Shown piece by piece: positions 39,656-53,103 of a stretch of 64,000 bases of DNA. The position numbers and the translations under genes were made by a program. The notes under the pieces were generated by a model that was given only the letters and a program-made list of their open reading frames with translations, was not told the DNA's origin and did no database searches. The stretch is from assembly GCA_053919585.1 (NCBI GenBank), contig CM132807.1; one strand, 5' to 3'. This DNA comes from Euprymna scolopes (taxonomy: Eukaryota). The first letter of the stretch is position 1. Each line of letters begins with the position of its first letter.

Positions 39656-40385
39656 GCTCTGTAGCACCGGGTGGTATCGTCAGTGAAGTATTTTGTTCAT
39701 CGTATATGTTTTAAGTTTTTGGCTTTCCTCGCCTTCCTCTCGGAGATAATCTGTTCCTCACACGCAGTCTCGTTTGTGAAACGCTCGAAGGCATTCATTT
39801 ATTATGGACGAGTATAAACCACGCTTGCTTGTATTGATGGAAATATTGCGAAACAGCTAATCAAATCCTGTTAACCGATTCTTTAATTAATAAACAGAGA
39901 ATTAGTATTTTCTTTTCTAAATTTTCTAATTGAGGTGGATATGTTCTAATTTTTTTAATTCCATTTTTACACATTTATAAATTGAGAATATATTTCACAG
40001 GAATGTTATCCTTTCGTATTTCGAAGTTAACTCATTAGATTTGTAAAACATAAATCGAAGTATGATTTTTTTAGTTTTAACTGATTCAAGTCGTGTGTAA
40101 GAAAGATATGGTTCATGGCGGAGTTTTCAGGCATTTAAATTGTTGAACATGTATAATATAGAAATAGAAACCATTTTGTAATCGATCGCTTTTGACCTAA
40201 AGTATTTTTATAGCTATTAAATTTCTTCCCCATGGGAGAAATATGTGGCACAAAGTCGTTGTTAAGGAATGGAAAACCATATTCCCCAAAGAGGAGCACT
40301 CTGGCAATAGGCAAAAATAAAATTGCCTTAGTATAAAAGGCTACTCCTGCATGTACTAAGGATAAATTAACTTACATGTAGGATC

Positions 40386-40455
40386 AGAAAACCACATCAT
40401 GTAGCTGCTGATCATCATCAGCATCAGCATCAGCAGCTACATGATGTGGTTTTCT
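40386..40455. repeat. Perfect 27-bp inverted repeat with 16-nt loop
   Basis: agaaaaccacatcatgtagctgctgat / atcagcagctacatgatgtggttttct. Confidence 0.95.
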
Positions 40456-41426
40456 TTAAAGTCCCCCCCCACTCACTATGTTCTCACGTGAATCTTCAGA
40501 TAAAGCTAATGGCCGAAACCATGTCAGACTGAAAACAAACTTAACTTCTATTTACAGGAATAGTAATGAAAGCAATTTTGAATGTTGCAGGCACAGAATT
40601 TGAATTTCATTTCTTGTAATTTTTACACAGTTTTTTTTTTAATATCTTGCATGTGAAATATGAATAACATCAGCAGTTGTTAAGTTTTGTTTTTCTTACT
40701 TAATTACAAACCCACTACAAAGATGAGCTACTAGGTTTTGTATATAATTTCTCTATCAAATGTTGACCAGCAGTAACTTTTAGAACACGGTTCATTATTT
40801 TACAAATGTTTCGATAGGGAATAATTTCTTATCGCTTACTCCTGGCACTGTGCGAAATGGCATAATACGCACAAACACAAATACTTTCAACACTTTTTCC
40901 AGCGCTTATAATCATTGCCTGGGGTTAATTGTTGCATTTAATTTTCGAAAATTTGTGATTGTCCCATTAAAATTTGTGATTGTCCCATTAAAATTTCAAA
41001 ATTGTGTATTAAAGAATATTTATCAGAGTAAAATATTAGCACGTACTTTTGTCTACAAATATGAACAATCAAGATGAGAATCATAACTGTACAAAATCAG
41101 GTGAGTTATCAGCAAAAGCTCCAAGAAAAGAAATACTTCTTTCGTGGCCTATTCTATGTTCTCTCCTCGTCATGTTTTCATACTCTCTTTAGAGGCCTAA
41201 TTGACTGAAACTGTTTTCTACCACCAGTAGACACTTACGATAAATAGTCTAAACATTTTCCACTGAGGAAACTATTTTTAAATTACAACATATTTTTAAA
41301 CGATTTACAGTCACACAGTATCAACTGCAAATGCACACCACCATTTCACCTTTTTGCGTAAAAAGTTTGCAGTAAACACAAAATTAATTCCATATATGTT
41401 TATTATACGTATATATTTTTGTTTAA

Positions 41427-42960
41427 TCTATCTATCACTATATATATATATAAAAGTGAACGTGTTTGTGTGTCTGTCCGTCTGTGTACATTTCCCTACG
41501 CAATAACTCTCTCAATGTTTACTCTACAGACTCGAAATTTGATATACAGGGTACTGAGATTTGGGAAATCTATGTGATCAGTTTTCGGCCAAAAATTTGG
41601 CTTTTGAGGAGTCAAAGTTCAACGATTTGCTCTTTGAGAACTCTACCAAACTCCTACCACAATTTTGGGTCTCAATCCTTGAAATTTAATTATTGGTGTC
41701 TTGGACATGGATCTAACTTAATAACTTGATTTGAGCCCAAAACAATAAATGTTAAGGGGTCATAATAAGGGTCAAATTTTAAAAAAATGACCGTTTTTTG
41801 TTTGTGTTTTGTTTTTGTTTTTTGCTCAGCATACACCTCCAAACACCCGGGCAACGCCAGACACCCATGCTAGTATATCTATAAAAGTGACCGTGTCTGT
41901 GTCTGTGTGTGTGTCTGTGTGTCTGTGTACATTTCCCTACGCAATAACTTTGTCAATTTCTATGTCTACAGACTCAAAATTTGATATACAGTGCACTGAA
42001 ATTTGGGAAAATCTGTGTAATTTGTTTTCGGTACAAAAGTTTGGCTATTAAGGGATTAAAGTTCAACGATTTGACATTTGAGAACTCTACCAAACTCCTC
42101 CGAAAATTTTAGGTCTAAACACTTGAAATTTTAGTTATATGTTTCTTAGACATAGATTTAACTTAATAACTTGGTATGAGCCCCAAACAATAAATGTTAA
42201 GGGGTCATAATAGGGGACAAAGTTTTAAAAAAAAATGATCTCTGCGGTTTCTATCAAATTACTCAGACACTTTCTGATCTAAACATTTGAAATTTTACAT
42301 AAAGGGTATTCAGAGATAGGGCAAGCTTTTTAATCGGTTTGGTCGAAAATTTTTAGTTACTAATATACAAATGTATGTATGTATGTACGTATGTATGTTT
42401 GCATGTGTGCCTAAAACTTTTGACAGAGGCAATGGATTTTTACAAGATCAGTATCGTTTTGAAGTTCGACCTTTCAGGCGACAAATATCGAAAAATTGGC
42501 TAAAAAACATTAATATCTTCACCTTTAACTGGGCACTTTTCTACATGGGCAGGGGGTCGTTTTTTCGCCGATATTTTTGAAAGTCATCCTCTTCTTTCTA
42601 TTGTCTAGACTTAATTACAACCTCCGTCGCTTCCGCTTTGGCGGTGGTCGTAACGAAAAAGACGTAAGTTTCCCCCCCCCCCGTTATTTTCGTCCTTCGC
42701 GGTACGGGTTCAAGCCTGCCTTTCTACTACCATTTTTTTTCTCAACACACACATCCAAACATCCGGGCAACGCCTGGCTGAAATGCTAGTATATCTATAA
42801 AAGTGAACGTGTCTGTGTGTCTGTCTGTGTGTCTGTGTACATTTCCCTACGCAATAACTCTGTCAATTTGATATACAGGGTCCTGAGATTTGGGAAAAAT
42901 CTTTCGAGCCTGCCTTCCTACTACCACTTTTTTTTGCTATACATATTTCTATAATAATTT
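41427..42960 (+). mobile_element. Head-to-tail tandem of non-autonomous Helitrons (units 41427-41873, ~41874-42789, ~42790-42960 truncated)
   Basis: Each unit starts tctat..ataaaagtga.cgtg.(tgtg/tctg)n tacatttccctacgcaataact; complete units end in a ccgggcaacgcc hairpin followed by CTAG (41870, 42786). Confidence 0.8.
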
Positions 42961-44220
42961 TTTTTTAAGACATTAAGGCATCCTAACTGTACTCTCTGAA
43001 CGTATATACCATTCACTGGAAAAAGGAGGGAAAGGGTAGAGCGGTAGCTCTAGATATATCTAAGGGTATGGCATAAAGGTCTACTCAGGAAAATCAGATC
43101 ATACGGTATCATTGGACAAATACTTAACATCATAAAATCTTTCTTAGATAAGAGAAAAATCTAGGTTGTCCTCGACGGTCGTACATCTAAACAATATGAT
43201 ATAAATGAGGGAGAGCCTGAGGGGTCTATCCTTGGGCCTTTATTATTCCTAATATTCATAAATGACCTCCCTGACAAAATTGTCTGTGAGATGGGTATAT
43301 ATGCTGATGACACCACGCTCACTAACAGGCACGACAGGAAAACAAATTAACACATATCTAAGGAAATGGCAAGAACACTAGACGATGACCTCCAATCTGT
43401 AGTGGAATGGAAACAAAAATGGGTGGTTACATTTAATACTGCCAAGACTAAACTTGTTTCCCTCAGTAATTACAAGAAACCTTCTCTATCCCCAACAGCA
43501 ATGGCCAAAGGTTCATTATCTGAATGTACTCTTTTTAACTCCTCGGCCAAACGTTCACGGGAAACATGAGTTGGAACAATTATATTGAGAGCATTGCCAG
43601 GACCGCTGCGAAGAAGATAGGTTCTCTCTACCGTGCTAGAAAGCTATTACAGCCAGAAAGTATCCTGTACCTCTATAAGGTCACCATTCGTCCATGTATG
43701 GAGTAGTGTTGTCATATTTGGGCTGGTACATCTGCTACAAGTCTCTCGCTCCTAGACAAGGTTTAAAGAGAGAGTCGCCAACTTGATTGGTCCTGAACTC
43801 TCATCTAAGCTTCAGCATCTGTCTCACCGACGAAAGTTTCATCCCTGTGCCTGTTCTGCAAATATGTTAATGGTGAATGCTCTGACGAACTGCATGCGCT
43901 TGTGACCCTTCGATGGATATACCCCCGACAAACCCGACAAGCAGCTAAATCCCACTCCTACACAGTATAGATTCCTAGATGTAAGAGAGCTTTCTACTCC
44001 AGTAGTTTCTTCCCCAGAACCGTTAGACATTGAAATTCTCTTCCGGGTCCCTGCTTTATCAACTGTACTGATATGCAGAAGTTCAAGTGTAACGTGAACT
44101 GACATCTTGCTGCGCAACTCCCTACATAGTACCCCAGTTGCTTATGTCTCTGATAATAGCCTCCTACACCAAAATGGCAATGTGTCTTGTTTAGGGTGAT
44201 AATTTAATAATAAAAAAACT
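42960..44220 (+). mobile_element. 5'-truncated decayed CR1-like LINE, same clade as 23674-27165
   Basis: RAVALDISK, WHKGLL, GSILGPLLFLIFINDLP, YADDTT, W.VTFN, IRPCME*CCHIWAG, LSHRR with stops and frameshifts; A-rich 3' end. Confidence 0.9.
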
Positions 44221-45056
44221 TATTAGCTATCATCTAATCCCTTCTTTAGTGTAGGGGAGTTACGAATGCGAGAACTAGTTTTGTTTACTTGCTTCTTTCT
44301 TCCAGTGAATACTAAATGAAGACATTTTCTTTCTGTGTTATGCATTCAAACTGGGGTGAGATAATCGCATACGGCAGATTAAGTTACAAAATGAAAACTT
44401 CATCAATCAAATCGAAGGGAGAAGTAAGGGTTAATTCATGATGTCTTATCGAGATGACTCTGTAACCTATCAAGTCCAATTCAATCATATGAGGCTGATG
44501 ACTTAGTAAGATGGTAAAGGCAAAACACCTCGACACTTTTCTTTGTCTTTAATTCTCTGTTGCACAATCATTAGACGAACTTTAAAGTAAAGAATACTTT
44601 CACATCTCTGCGTTCTCTTTGTAATTATCAGCCTGAAACCGAAGGTGCTTATTACTACGTATTATTTAAATTATTTGGAGTATTTTGCTCATCTTGAGTT
44701 TTATTTTCATCAAGTGTAAAAGACCGATTTTCTTCAAAGTTGGGAAAATGATTCGCGAATTCGATAAAAGGCAGAGTTTACATCTCTCGAAAGTAACACT
44801 CAATATGAGAACCGTAAGTCTAATAATCGAAATAATACACATTTTCAATCGCCGTCTAAAAAATTCAGAAACATACTAATTGCTACTTTCAATAGGACTA
44901 AATCCATACTAAGCTGCAAGAAGACGGAGGAGATTTATATGTCTTTGTCTTTATTCTCTAATCAATGATCAGTGTAGGAGAAACGGAGAGATCGACAATC
45001 ACTGTTTAATCATATTTTGTCAACCCATCTCATTTTTCACGTCCACACGTCCTTCA

Positions 45057-45212
45057 NNNNNNNNNNNNNNNNNNNNNNNNNNNNNNNNNNNNNNNNNNNN
45101 NNNNNNNNNNNNNNNNNNNNNNNNNNNNNNNNNNNNNNNNNNNNNNNNNNNNNNNNNNNNNNNNNNNNNNNNNNNNNNNNNNNNNNNNNNNNNNNNNNNN
45201 NNNNNNNNNNNN
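45057..45212. other. Assembly gap
   Basis: N run. Confidence 1.
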
Positions 45213-46552
45213 ATGCATTTTCATTAATTCCCAGTGCAGTCAATTGACTGTAGCTGACATCTTATTTCATGTTATTCTCAACTAACCATTTATCATACTG
45301 GTGGATCTACTCGCCTAATATATAACATTTGTAGGTCGTCCGAAAATATTTATTTTCTGAATAATGAAGACGGAAAGAAGTCTCCTTGGGCTGTGATGTA
45401 CCGCGTGATAAATACGTGTTTGAACGGTGTAAGGCACAATTTCCAGATATGTATACGGAGAAGTTTGGCTGCCTATTTGATTCCACGGTTCACGAAATAG
45501 TTTTTTTTTGGGGGGGGGGCAGGATTAAATTTGGGGGGGGGGGCAGGATTAAATAAAAGAGCTCGCAATGTACTTAATCGTTCTTCTATTATAATTAAAG
45601 ATATTGTAGGCTAAAAATTTTATCTGACTTCAATAATTAATAAACACTCACATCGTAATTTCAACTGCTTGGTGACGGAAGCTGCAACGTGTTGGTTTCC
45701 ATACAACCGTACAGCACGGTGTCTTGTTTGAATAGCCAAAAACAAATGTTGTTCTGATCTCCATGGTGGCGTTGCAGTCTTTTACGGGGTTTCTCTGATG
45801 CGCCAAATTAATCCAGAGACCTCGTTATTTTGCCATGACCGTAGCCGTGTTCGGGGCCAATTAAATAACTATGTTGTTTAAACACCATTTGCGACCACCT
45901 TGCCGTGTCCAATGAAAATGGATGAGAGTGTCGGCAGAACACGCAACCAATCACGTCTTTAATTCCAGTAGATATCAAAATGGCAATGGCCGCTGCATTC
46001 ATTCATCATTAGCGATCATCTAATCCCTTCTTTAGTTATCCGCTCGCACGCTGGCCAGTCAATCAATTTAGATTGTCTGTGTACGCACATGCGTGGGTGT
46101 GTGCGCATGCGTATCTTATCGACCCGAAAACATCTAATATCAGTTGGCAATGAATTATGGCTTCCATTTTATAGAAAATGCTTAGTATTTATTTATGTAT
46201 GCACTATTAAAAAGTTATGCGTTCCAAGATGTTTTCTGCTAGTAAAAAATGGTAAGCAAAGGAATACGTCGAGTATCCATTGCTACGAAAGTATATTTTA
46301 TAATGTGTATATCTGAGTTTGAATCTCACGTAAGTCTAAGTGATTGTTTTCAACTAGGTAATTTTTTTTTAATTTAAAGAAATAAGCATAACTTATTAAC
46401 ATAAAAATCGTAATTTAAAACTAAGTGACGTTTTTTTCTGGGATAATCCGCGAAAAACTAGACAAAAATATTATTAAATATTAATCAAAAGTCAATTATT
46501 TATCACGTTTCTGAATTTTGGAGATGAGGATTGGTTATACATATCGAACATA

Positions 46553-47150
46553 TATATTCACCGACTACTGTTCTCATCTTCAGTGTGATTTCTACAACAT
46601 TTCGGTCGATGTAACCTCCAACCTTCTTCAAGTGTATCTTGTCAAACTCAGGAATGTTTCTGTCGAACTCAGAAATTTGGACGGAATTTCGAGCGGAACC
46701 CTTTCTTTACTTCATGGAAGTAACATGCTGTTTTTCCGTCAGTCATGACTGGATAGAGGTCCTAAGTAATTCACAATTGTATTTTATCGGTCGCCCACAC
46801 TGAGAATTGAACCTTCAGTCTTCAGGAGAATATCACTTTTATAATTGATTCTTCCAAATACTCTAACCACTGGCCACGGATATTCGTGGCGCAGTGGTAA
46901 GAGTACTTGGAAAAAACGAAAAAAATATAATTGCGAATTTCTTTGGACCTCTATCCAGTCATGGCTGACGGGACAAGACTACGGTACTCTCGTGAAGTAA
47001 ATAAAGGGTTCCAGTCAAAATGCCGTCCAAATTCCAGAGTTCGACAGAAATATTCGACAAGATGCACTTGAAGAAGGTCGGAGGTTACATCGACCGAAAC
47101 GTTGTGAAAATCACACTCAAAATGAGAACGGTAATGCGATGAATAATAAT
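46553..47150. mobile_element. Head-to-head inverted dimer of a tRNA-headed SINE-like element with a hammerhead-like 3' end
   Basis: Arms are imperfect reverse complements about ~46882; A boxes GTGGC(G)CAGTGG on both arms; B box GGTTCAATTC on the left arm; each arm ends TTGAAGA-aggtygg..cgacc-GAAA-ygtt-GTR. Confidence 0.7.
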
Positions 47151-48378
47151 ATGGATCAATTATTTATGCTTAAAAATGATTCCTAATGTGTTTGTCATAA
47201 ACGAAAATACGTAAATGCAATTTGTTAATAGCGTAATTTTTTCACGAAATTCACGAACATCTTACGTCTATTTGGAGCAACATGCACACAAAAAATATTA
47301 CGATATTAACAACTTTTCTTTTTGCCAAGATGCCGCTACACATGCGTCGTGTGATTCTTTAGTTCACTAGCTTCTTCTCTCAGCAACCACGGTATGGGCT
47401 GATATTAATTAGTATACCTTTCAGTACGTTCAGTTTCTTTTTGAAGACTCCGACTGAAAGCTTCGATATTGCCTCTCCAATTTATTATTTATATCTTAAT
47501 CATATTAACACATCATTGCCTTTAAATCACCAACGTTGAGCGATGCTGAGCCTCGTTAGAACTACGATGGCAGATCATTTGCAGAATACCAGTCGTTTTT
47601 CTGTAAAAAAAAATGGCGGAATATCTTTGCATTAAAAAAAAATTAATATTTTATTTTGGCTTATAATAATTAACAGAATAAACTTCACAACAAAAAAAGA
47701 AATGTTAATTAATTTCAAGATGCAGTCTCAAGTAATAAATAGATTATTTGTGGCGCTATTTGAAAATAAATAATGGTAAGTGTAATTATAAATGAATAAT
47801 GATGTTTGTGTTTTGTTGTTAATGATCGATACATTTGAAAGATATCTTTGTGTATCGGTAGTAGAACTAATGAACTGGAATTGGAGTTAGGAAGGTTAGC
47901 AGAGTGGGGATCGTTTGTTACATTCGTAAAGAAACGGAGCATAAAATATCACAAAGTAAACAAACACATTGACAAGAATAAGACATGAATAAAACGTAAC
48001 GTTAATGCCGGAGATGGGAGCGGATAAACGAGAAAGAGGTGTGCTGTGTCGCCAGTGGTTGCAAAAAGGATGTAAAAATTAATCGGAAAGGAAAATACAA
48101 AAGAAAGCCAATTTTTTAAGAGTTACTTAAAGCGAGATAATGGGTTCAAAAAGGGGGAACAGTACAGCTAATTTTAAGGTTACAAATAAGCATGAAATAT
48201 CAAATATCTCAATAACTCTTGACTCTTATTTTTCAGAATCAGCACCCTTAAATTGGTCGACATCAGCTTAAAAATCTTGGTCACAAAGAATGTGTTGGCC
48301 AGTATAATAATCATTATCGACGACTGCAATCGGCTATGAAGAAATTTAACCAAATCAAACACGCAGATAACATTTACA

Positions 48379-48493
48379 GTTACGTCATAATCACGTTGAC
48401 ACACCAGTTTTCCTTAGATCATCGAATTTAAGCAAGGTGGAGTCTGGTCAGTAACAGATGGGTGACCTTTTTGGAATACTAGGGGTTGTATGT
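48379..48493 (+). pseudogene. 5S rRNA-derived copy
   Basis: cataatcacgttgacacaccagttttccttagatcatcgaatttaagcaaggtggagtctggtcagtaacagatgggtgacc...ggaatactaggggttgta aligns along the whole 5S length. Confidence 0.8.
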
Positions 48494-48943
48494 AGGAAGA
48501 CATCGATAGCTTCATGCAAGAACTGCAAAAACCTAATGCCATCATTTCCTCTAACCAGCATATACATGCGATTAGGGACGGTTTGTGGATTTAATATATC
48601 CTTGAAACTATCTCGTTTCGAGGAAGCCAATTCAATCCGCTCAGAATGAATGCTACTGACATAGATATAACACTAACAACGCAGTGTATTTAACGTAGGA
48701 AAAATAGCATGAGTATTTTGGTTTTATTTTAAAATGAAAAATGTGAAATCTAAAAACATAAATTCATTGCCAAATGCAAGTCCGAGAAAACATAACATCT
48801 CATAATTTGTCACAACATTTTACAATATTTGCGAATAAGTATTGATGATTATGCTTTTCTTTATTTCTTTGGAAGATATGTACATTTGAAAGACAGCTTA
48901 TCATCAAAACTACAAGATACAATAATGCAAGTTAATATGTCAG

Positions 48944-51220
48944 TACGGTAAGTCGATTTTGGTATTACGACTATGTCTATGCAGAGAAAGTTGTCAAATA
49001 ACATGGAGAATAAGCACACAAAATATTTTCCCCAAAACTCTATCGCTTTTTGAGCAATTGGATTTAAAGATTGAAAAAATTCAATATTCCGTCGCTATTT
49101 CGCCAGATGCCGGTGTTAAATGAAAAAATAAGTACGCTATATTAATGCCGGTTTTGAAGAAGAAGAAAATGAAGATATTGTAAGCCATATTTGTTTCTTT
49201 TGTTTGTAATATCTATGTCTTTTTTTTTTCAGAAAAATAAATGAGTCGATAAAAAAAATCATGAAAAATATTTCATTTAAAATAAATTAAAAAACAATAA
49301 CGCAAGGCTTTATTTTAGCTGGGTAATTTTTCCTTGTACACCGTCACGTAATCGGTTTTATTTTCATGTTTACTCAGAGACCCGCGTGTGTTTACTGCGC
49401 TGACCGGCTGAATTCAAGTATAAAAATAATTACATTTTGCATTTTATGTCTTAACAAACTTTAATTATTAAGAAAAGGAAAGTAATATTTTAAATCTTTG
49501 TGCTATTTAATAATTCTGTATTAAAAAAACATTTTTTCTTTGCAAGGTTATTTCTCTGAGAATTATTTGGTTTGTGTTTTATACTTTGCGGTGAGTAAAA
49601 CAATAATAATTATTTCTTTTTCTGATATTTATCTTTTTTTCTAATTTCATTTTTAATTCATAATTTCCTTTGTTTAATTTCTAACAATATCATAAAATAT
49701 ATTTTTTGCAGATATTTTTAAACAACTACACGCAGTACTGATTCTACAAAATTTGTGGGCCCACCTTCTCCATAAAATACAACAGAACCCTCTAGTTTCC
49801 GCCAAGTTATCAAATAGTTATTATATGAAGAATCATCATCCAACTAAAAATACATATGTTCTTTCAAAATTAACGGCAAATTACATCACAGATATTTGTA
49901 AGGTAGTAAATTCACGTTTATCTCTATCAACTGAACTGTAGATTGTACACAAATTGCAGGACACCTGCTTTAAAAAAGTTAAGCCAATAAATAGAAAATA
50001 TTTATCCACATTTTCCAAAAATGTTCGTCAAAAAACTTTACAAACTATTTTACATTCAATCTTGTTGGTGTGCCAATTGCAAGTTGTAATGACAACCTCC
50101 AGAAATTCAGGAAATTGCTTTAAGAAATCTTCGATTTAATGCTTTTGCCATTTTGCCTGAAAATATTTAGTTTTTTAATGTTAAAATCACACGAAATTAA
50201 GTGAGAGAAGGGATATAAAAAGAAGTTTAACAATATAAGTAAACATTTATTTATATAAAACTGATCAAATTGTTTACGTCGATTTATACGTCCATTTTAA
50301 ATTAATATTTTAATAAAATAAATAAAAAACAGTTGTGCAAGTCAATAAAATAATTTGATTTCTCTTTTATTTTTTAGGGCTGGGGAACCAGCGCAAACGC
50401 GTTTTAAAAAATTCAACAATAAATTTTAACGCTTTAAATTGGTCAGAATTGATAGGCCTTTCTAAAAGTGGAGTTTCAGAACCAGAATTGACTGAAGAAT
50501 TATCGGATCGTGAACTTGAGAAAGTAATGATGAGCGGCAGAAAGCCAGAGTTACCTGATTTGCCTGCACATTCACATAGTGTCGAAAGGTCCGTAAAATT
50601 AACATCCGAAACCTGCCAATCAGTCTATGGACTTGAAGCAAGACCTAGACATATAATTGCTAAAGTTTTGTGCCATGCAATAAGGTCATTTTTTGCTTCA
50701 AAAGAAGTATTATAGGGAGAATTTTGATATTATGTAAGAAAAATAGCTTTATTGTGTACTTGGCAATTTTGTGTTTTATACAAATATAGATAACTTCCTA
50801 GAGGTAGGTAAACTATTTGGTTTAGTTTATATAAAACCTTTTTCTCCAAACAGAATTAAAACATTTCTTTTTTTCATTGACCGTAAAAAGAATTGATTTT
50901 TATAATGCAATAAAGTAAAATGCGGCATTTGAAAAATATTTCGGAGGGGGGGGGGCAATTATAGTTTTTCTTAATTTTTAGCATTTCAGTCATTATATAA
51001 GTTTTTTTACGTAAATAAACACACTACTTATTATGACTAAACTGTAAATTACTAAATAATTTCCTATAAATCTTCGAAAAATCTTTAAAATCAAATGCTC
51101 ATCTAACGGCTGATATTCGAAACTTAGTTTTTTATATTTGTACTCTCCATATGTGTGTGCAACTTTCTCTCCTCCGACATTTTACATTTTCCAAAAAAAG
51201 TTGAAAATCGACCTACCGTA
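48944..51220 (+). mobile_element. hAT-superfamily (hATm-like) DNA transposon, non-autonomous or decayed
   Basis: TIRs tacggtaagtcgatttt / aaaatcgacctaccgta; exact 9-bp TSD atatgtcag (48935-48943, 51221-51229); transposase remnant inside. Confidence 0.85.
50378..50715 (+). pseudogene. Transposase C-terminal exon remnant
   Basis: LPAHSHSVERSVKLTSE..VYGLEAR (cf. the PCHTQAVERxVK motif), preceded by polypyrimidine tract and AG. Confidence 0.7.
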
Positions 51221-52241
51221 ATATGTCAGTGGGTGAAAATAATGTTAAAATCTGTATTTTCTACCTAAGGTAAATATTCAGCCATGAAAAATTTCAGATT
51301 AAATCAAATTAGAGTTTGGGAATATTTGTCAAGATATAACGTCACACACAAAAAGTTCGAAATGTGGAAAAAAAATTTAAATAAATTTATCAGTTTGAGT
51401 ATGTGATCTGATTTTATTAGATTTTTCGAAAGTTTGCCTTCGTCCACTATTCTGGAAAACGACGAAGTGGAAGATCAATATTAGAAAGTTGCAAAATGTA
51501 GATTATTTATGAGATGACTATGTTGGGAAGTTTTTTCGAATTTTTTTCTCCGTTCACTTCCCGGGGGGGGGCGTATAAGTTGAACCTTATGTAATTATAT
51601 AAAAATGATGCGACAACAAAAAACATGAGTCATTAAATCTTAATGTGTGGTTTTATTTATTCATTTTATTTTGTTCGTTATCGTATCCAAAAAGAGATGG
51701 AAAGACATAGAAGGTTTTGCTGCAATATTAACAGACCGACAATTTTTATAACTAGACTTCACAATCCAACGAGCGACCAACTATGTGATGACAAGAAAGA
51801 TGAACAATTATTTCTGTAAGAACAAAATAACATAATGGAAATACTCTATATTGTAAAATAAGATAATTATTAGACTAATAGATTCGACTAACATTTACAT
51901 TTATTGTTGACTTTATATTATGGGAGCATATGGATTCAATGTTTGTGCGTAGGTTTCTAAGAGAGTTTAATTTAATATGCCTATAATTAATTGAAGTATC
52001 ATCTCTATTACGAAATCTAACTATCTATAGTTTTTCCTTTAGACTAGTTAGCATGGTATGTTTAGAGATCTAAAAATGCAAGATGTCCTAATGATAATCA
52101 ATTTTACTATTGGTGTTCCATTGTTTTAGTTAGGTTCCAGTGATGTATGGCATTTGGTATATTATTCTTATGTTTTAATTGTTTTTTTTTTAATTTGTGA
52201 ATATAACTGCAGCTTAATATAAAAGTGATTTTATTAAAATA

Positions 52242-53010
52242 CTAGTTGTTCATCCCAACTTTACCCAGGCTCTATGTACTGTTCATAATTTTATGTGCAT
52301 ATGTATATATATATATTAAAAACTTTGACTCATGGCCAGGTAACCTACGTCTAAAATTACAAGTGTTTACCCCCAAAATTGGCGGAGGAGTTTGGTAGAG
52401 TCTCTTTCAACTTTGACCTCTTAGCAGACAAATTTTCACCTAAAATTGATTACAAAGCTTGCTGTATGTCTGAATACCCTTTATGTAAAATTTCAAATGT
52501 TTACACCCAAAATTGGCTGAATAGTTTGCTAGAGACTGCAAAGATCAAATCCTTTGAACGTTTATCCCTTAGCAGCCAAATTCTCGGGAAAAAAACATTG
52601 AAAAGCTTGTACTATGTCTGAATACACTTTATGTAAAATTTCAAATTTTCAGACCAAAAATTGGTTGAGTCGTTTAGCAGAGACCACAAACGTCAGATTT
52701 TTTTTTTAAATTCACCCTCATTTTAGCCCCTTACCATTTATTGTTTTGGGCTCAAATCAAATTAAAAAGTTTGATATATGTTCATGTTATTCATATCTAA
52801 AAGTTCAAGTGTTTATACCCAACATTGGCGGTAGATTTTTCAAAGGTCACATTGTTTAACTGTGACCCCTTGACAGCCAAATTTCTGGCTGAAAACCGAT
52901 TCAAGCGATTTCCCCAAATATCAATACCCCCAATGACAAATCTTGAGTCTGTAGACTGAAAATTGACAGAGTAGTTTGGTAGGGAAATGTATACACACCG
53001 ACAATTTCAC

Positions 53011-53102
<92 letters not shown>
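52242..53102 (-). mobile_element. Non-autonomous Helitron, same family as 41427
   Basis: Reverse complement starts (tcta)n(ta)n ttaaagtgaa...tacatttccctac and ends with a cctgggtaaagttggg hairpin remnant and CTAG. Confidence 0.75.

Positions 53103-53103
<1 letters not shown>

Noticed and set aside
44490-44530. gagg-CTGATGA...cctc possible hammerhead
   Set aside because: No GAAA box and no stem III or NUH triplet
40947-45555. Small tandem duplications (21 bp at ~40950, 24 bp at ~45510)
   Set aside because: Ordinary slippage duplications with no further structure
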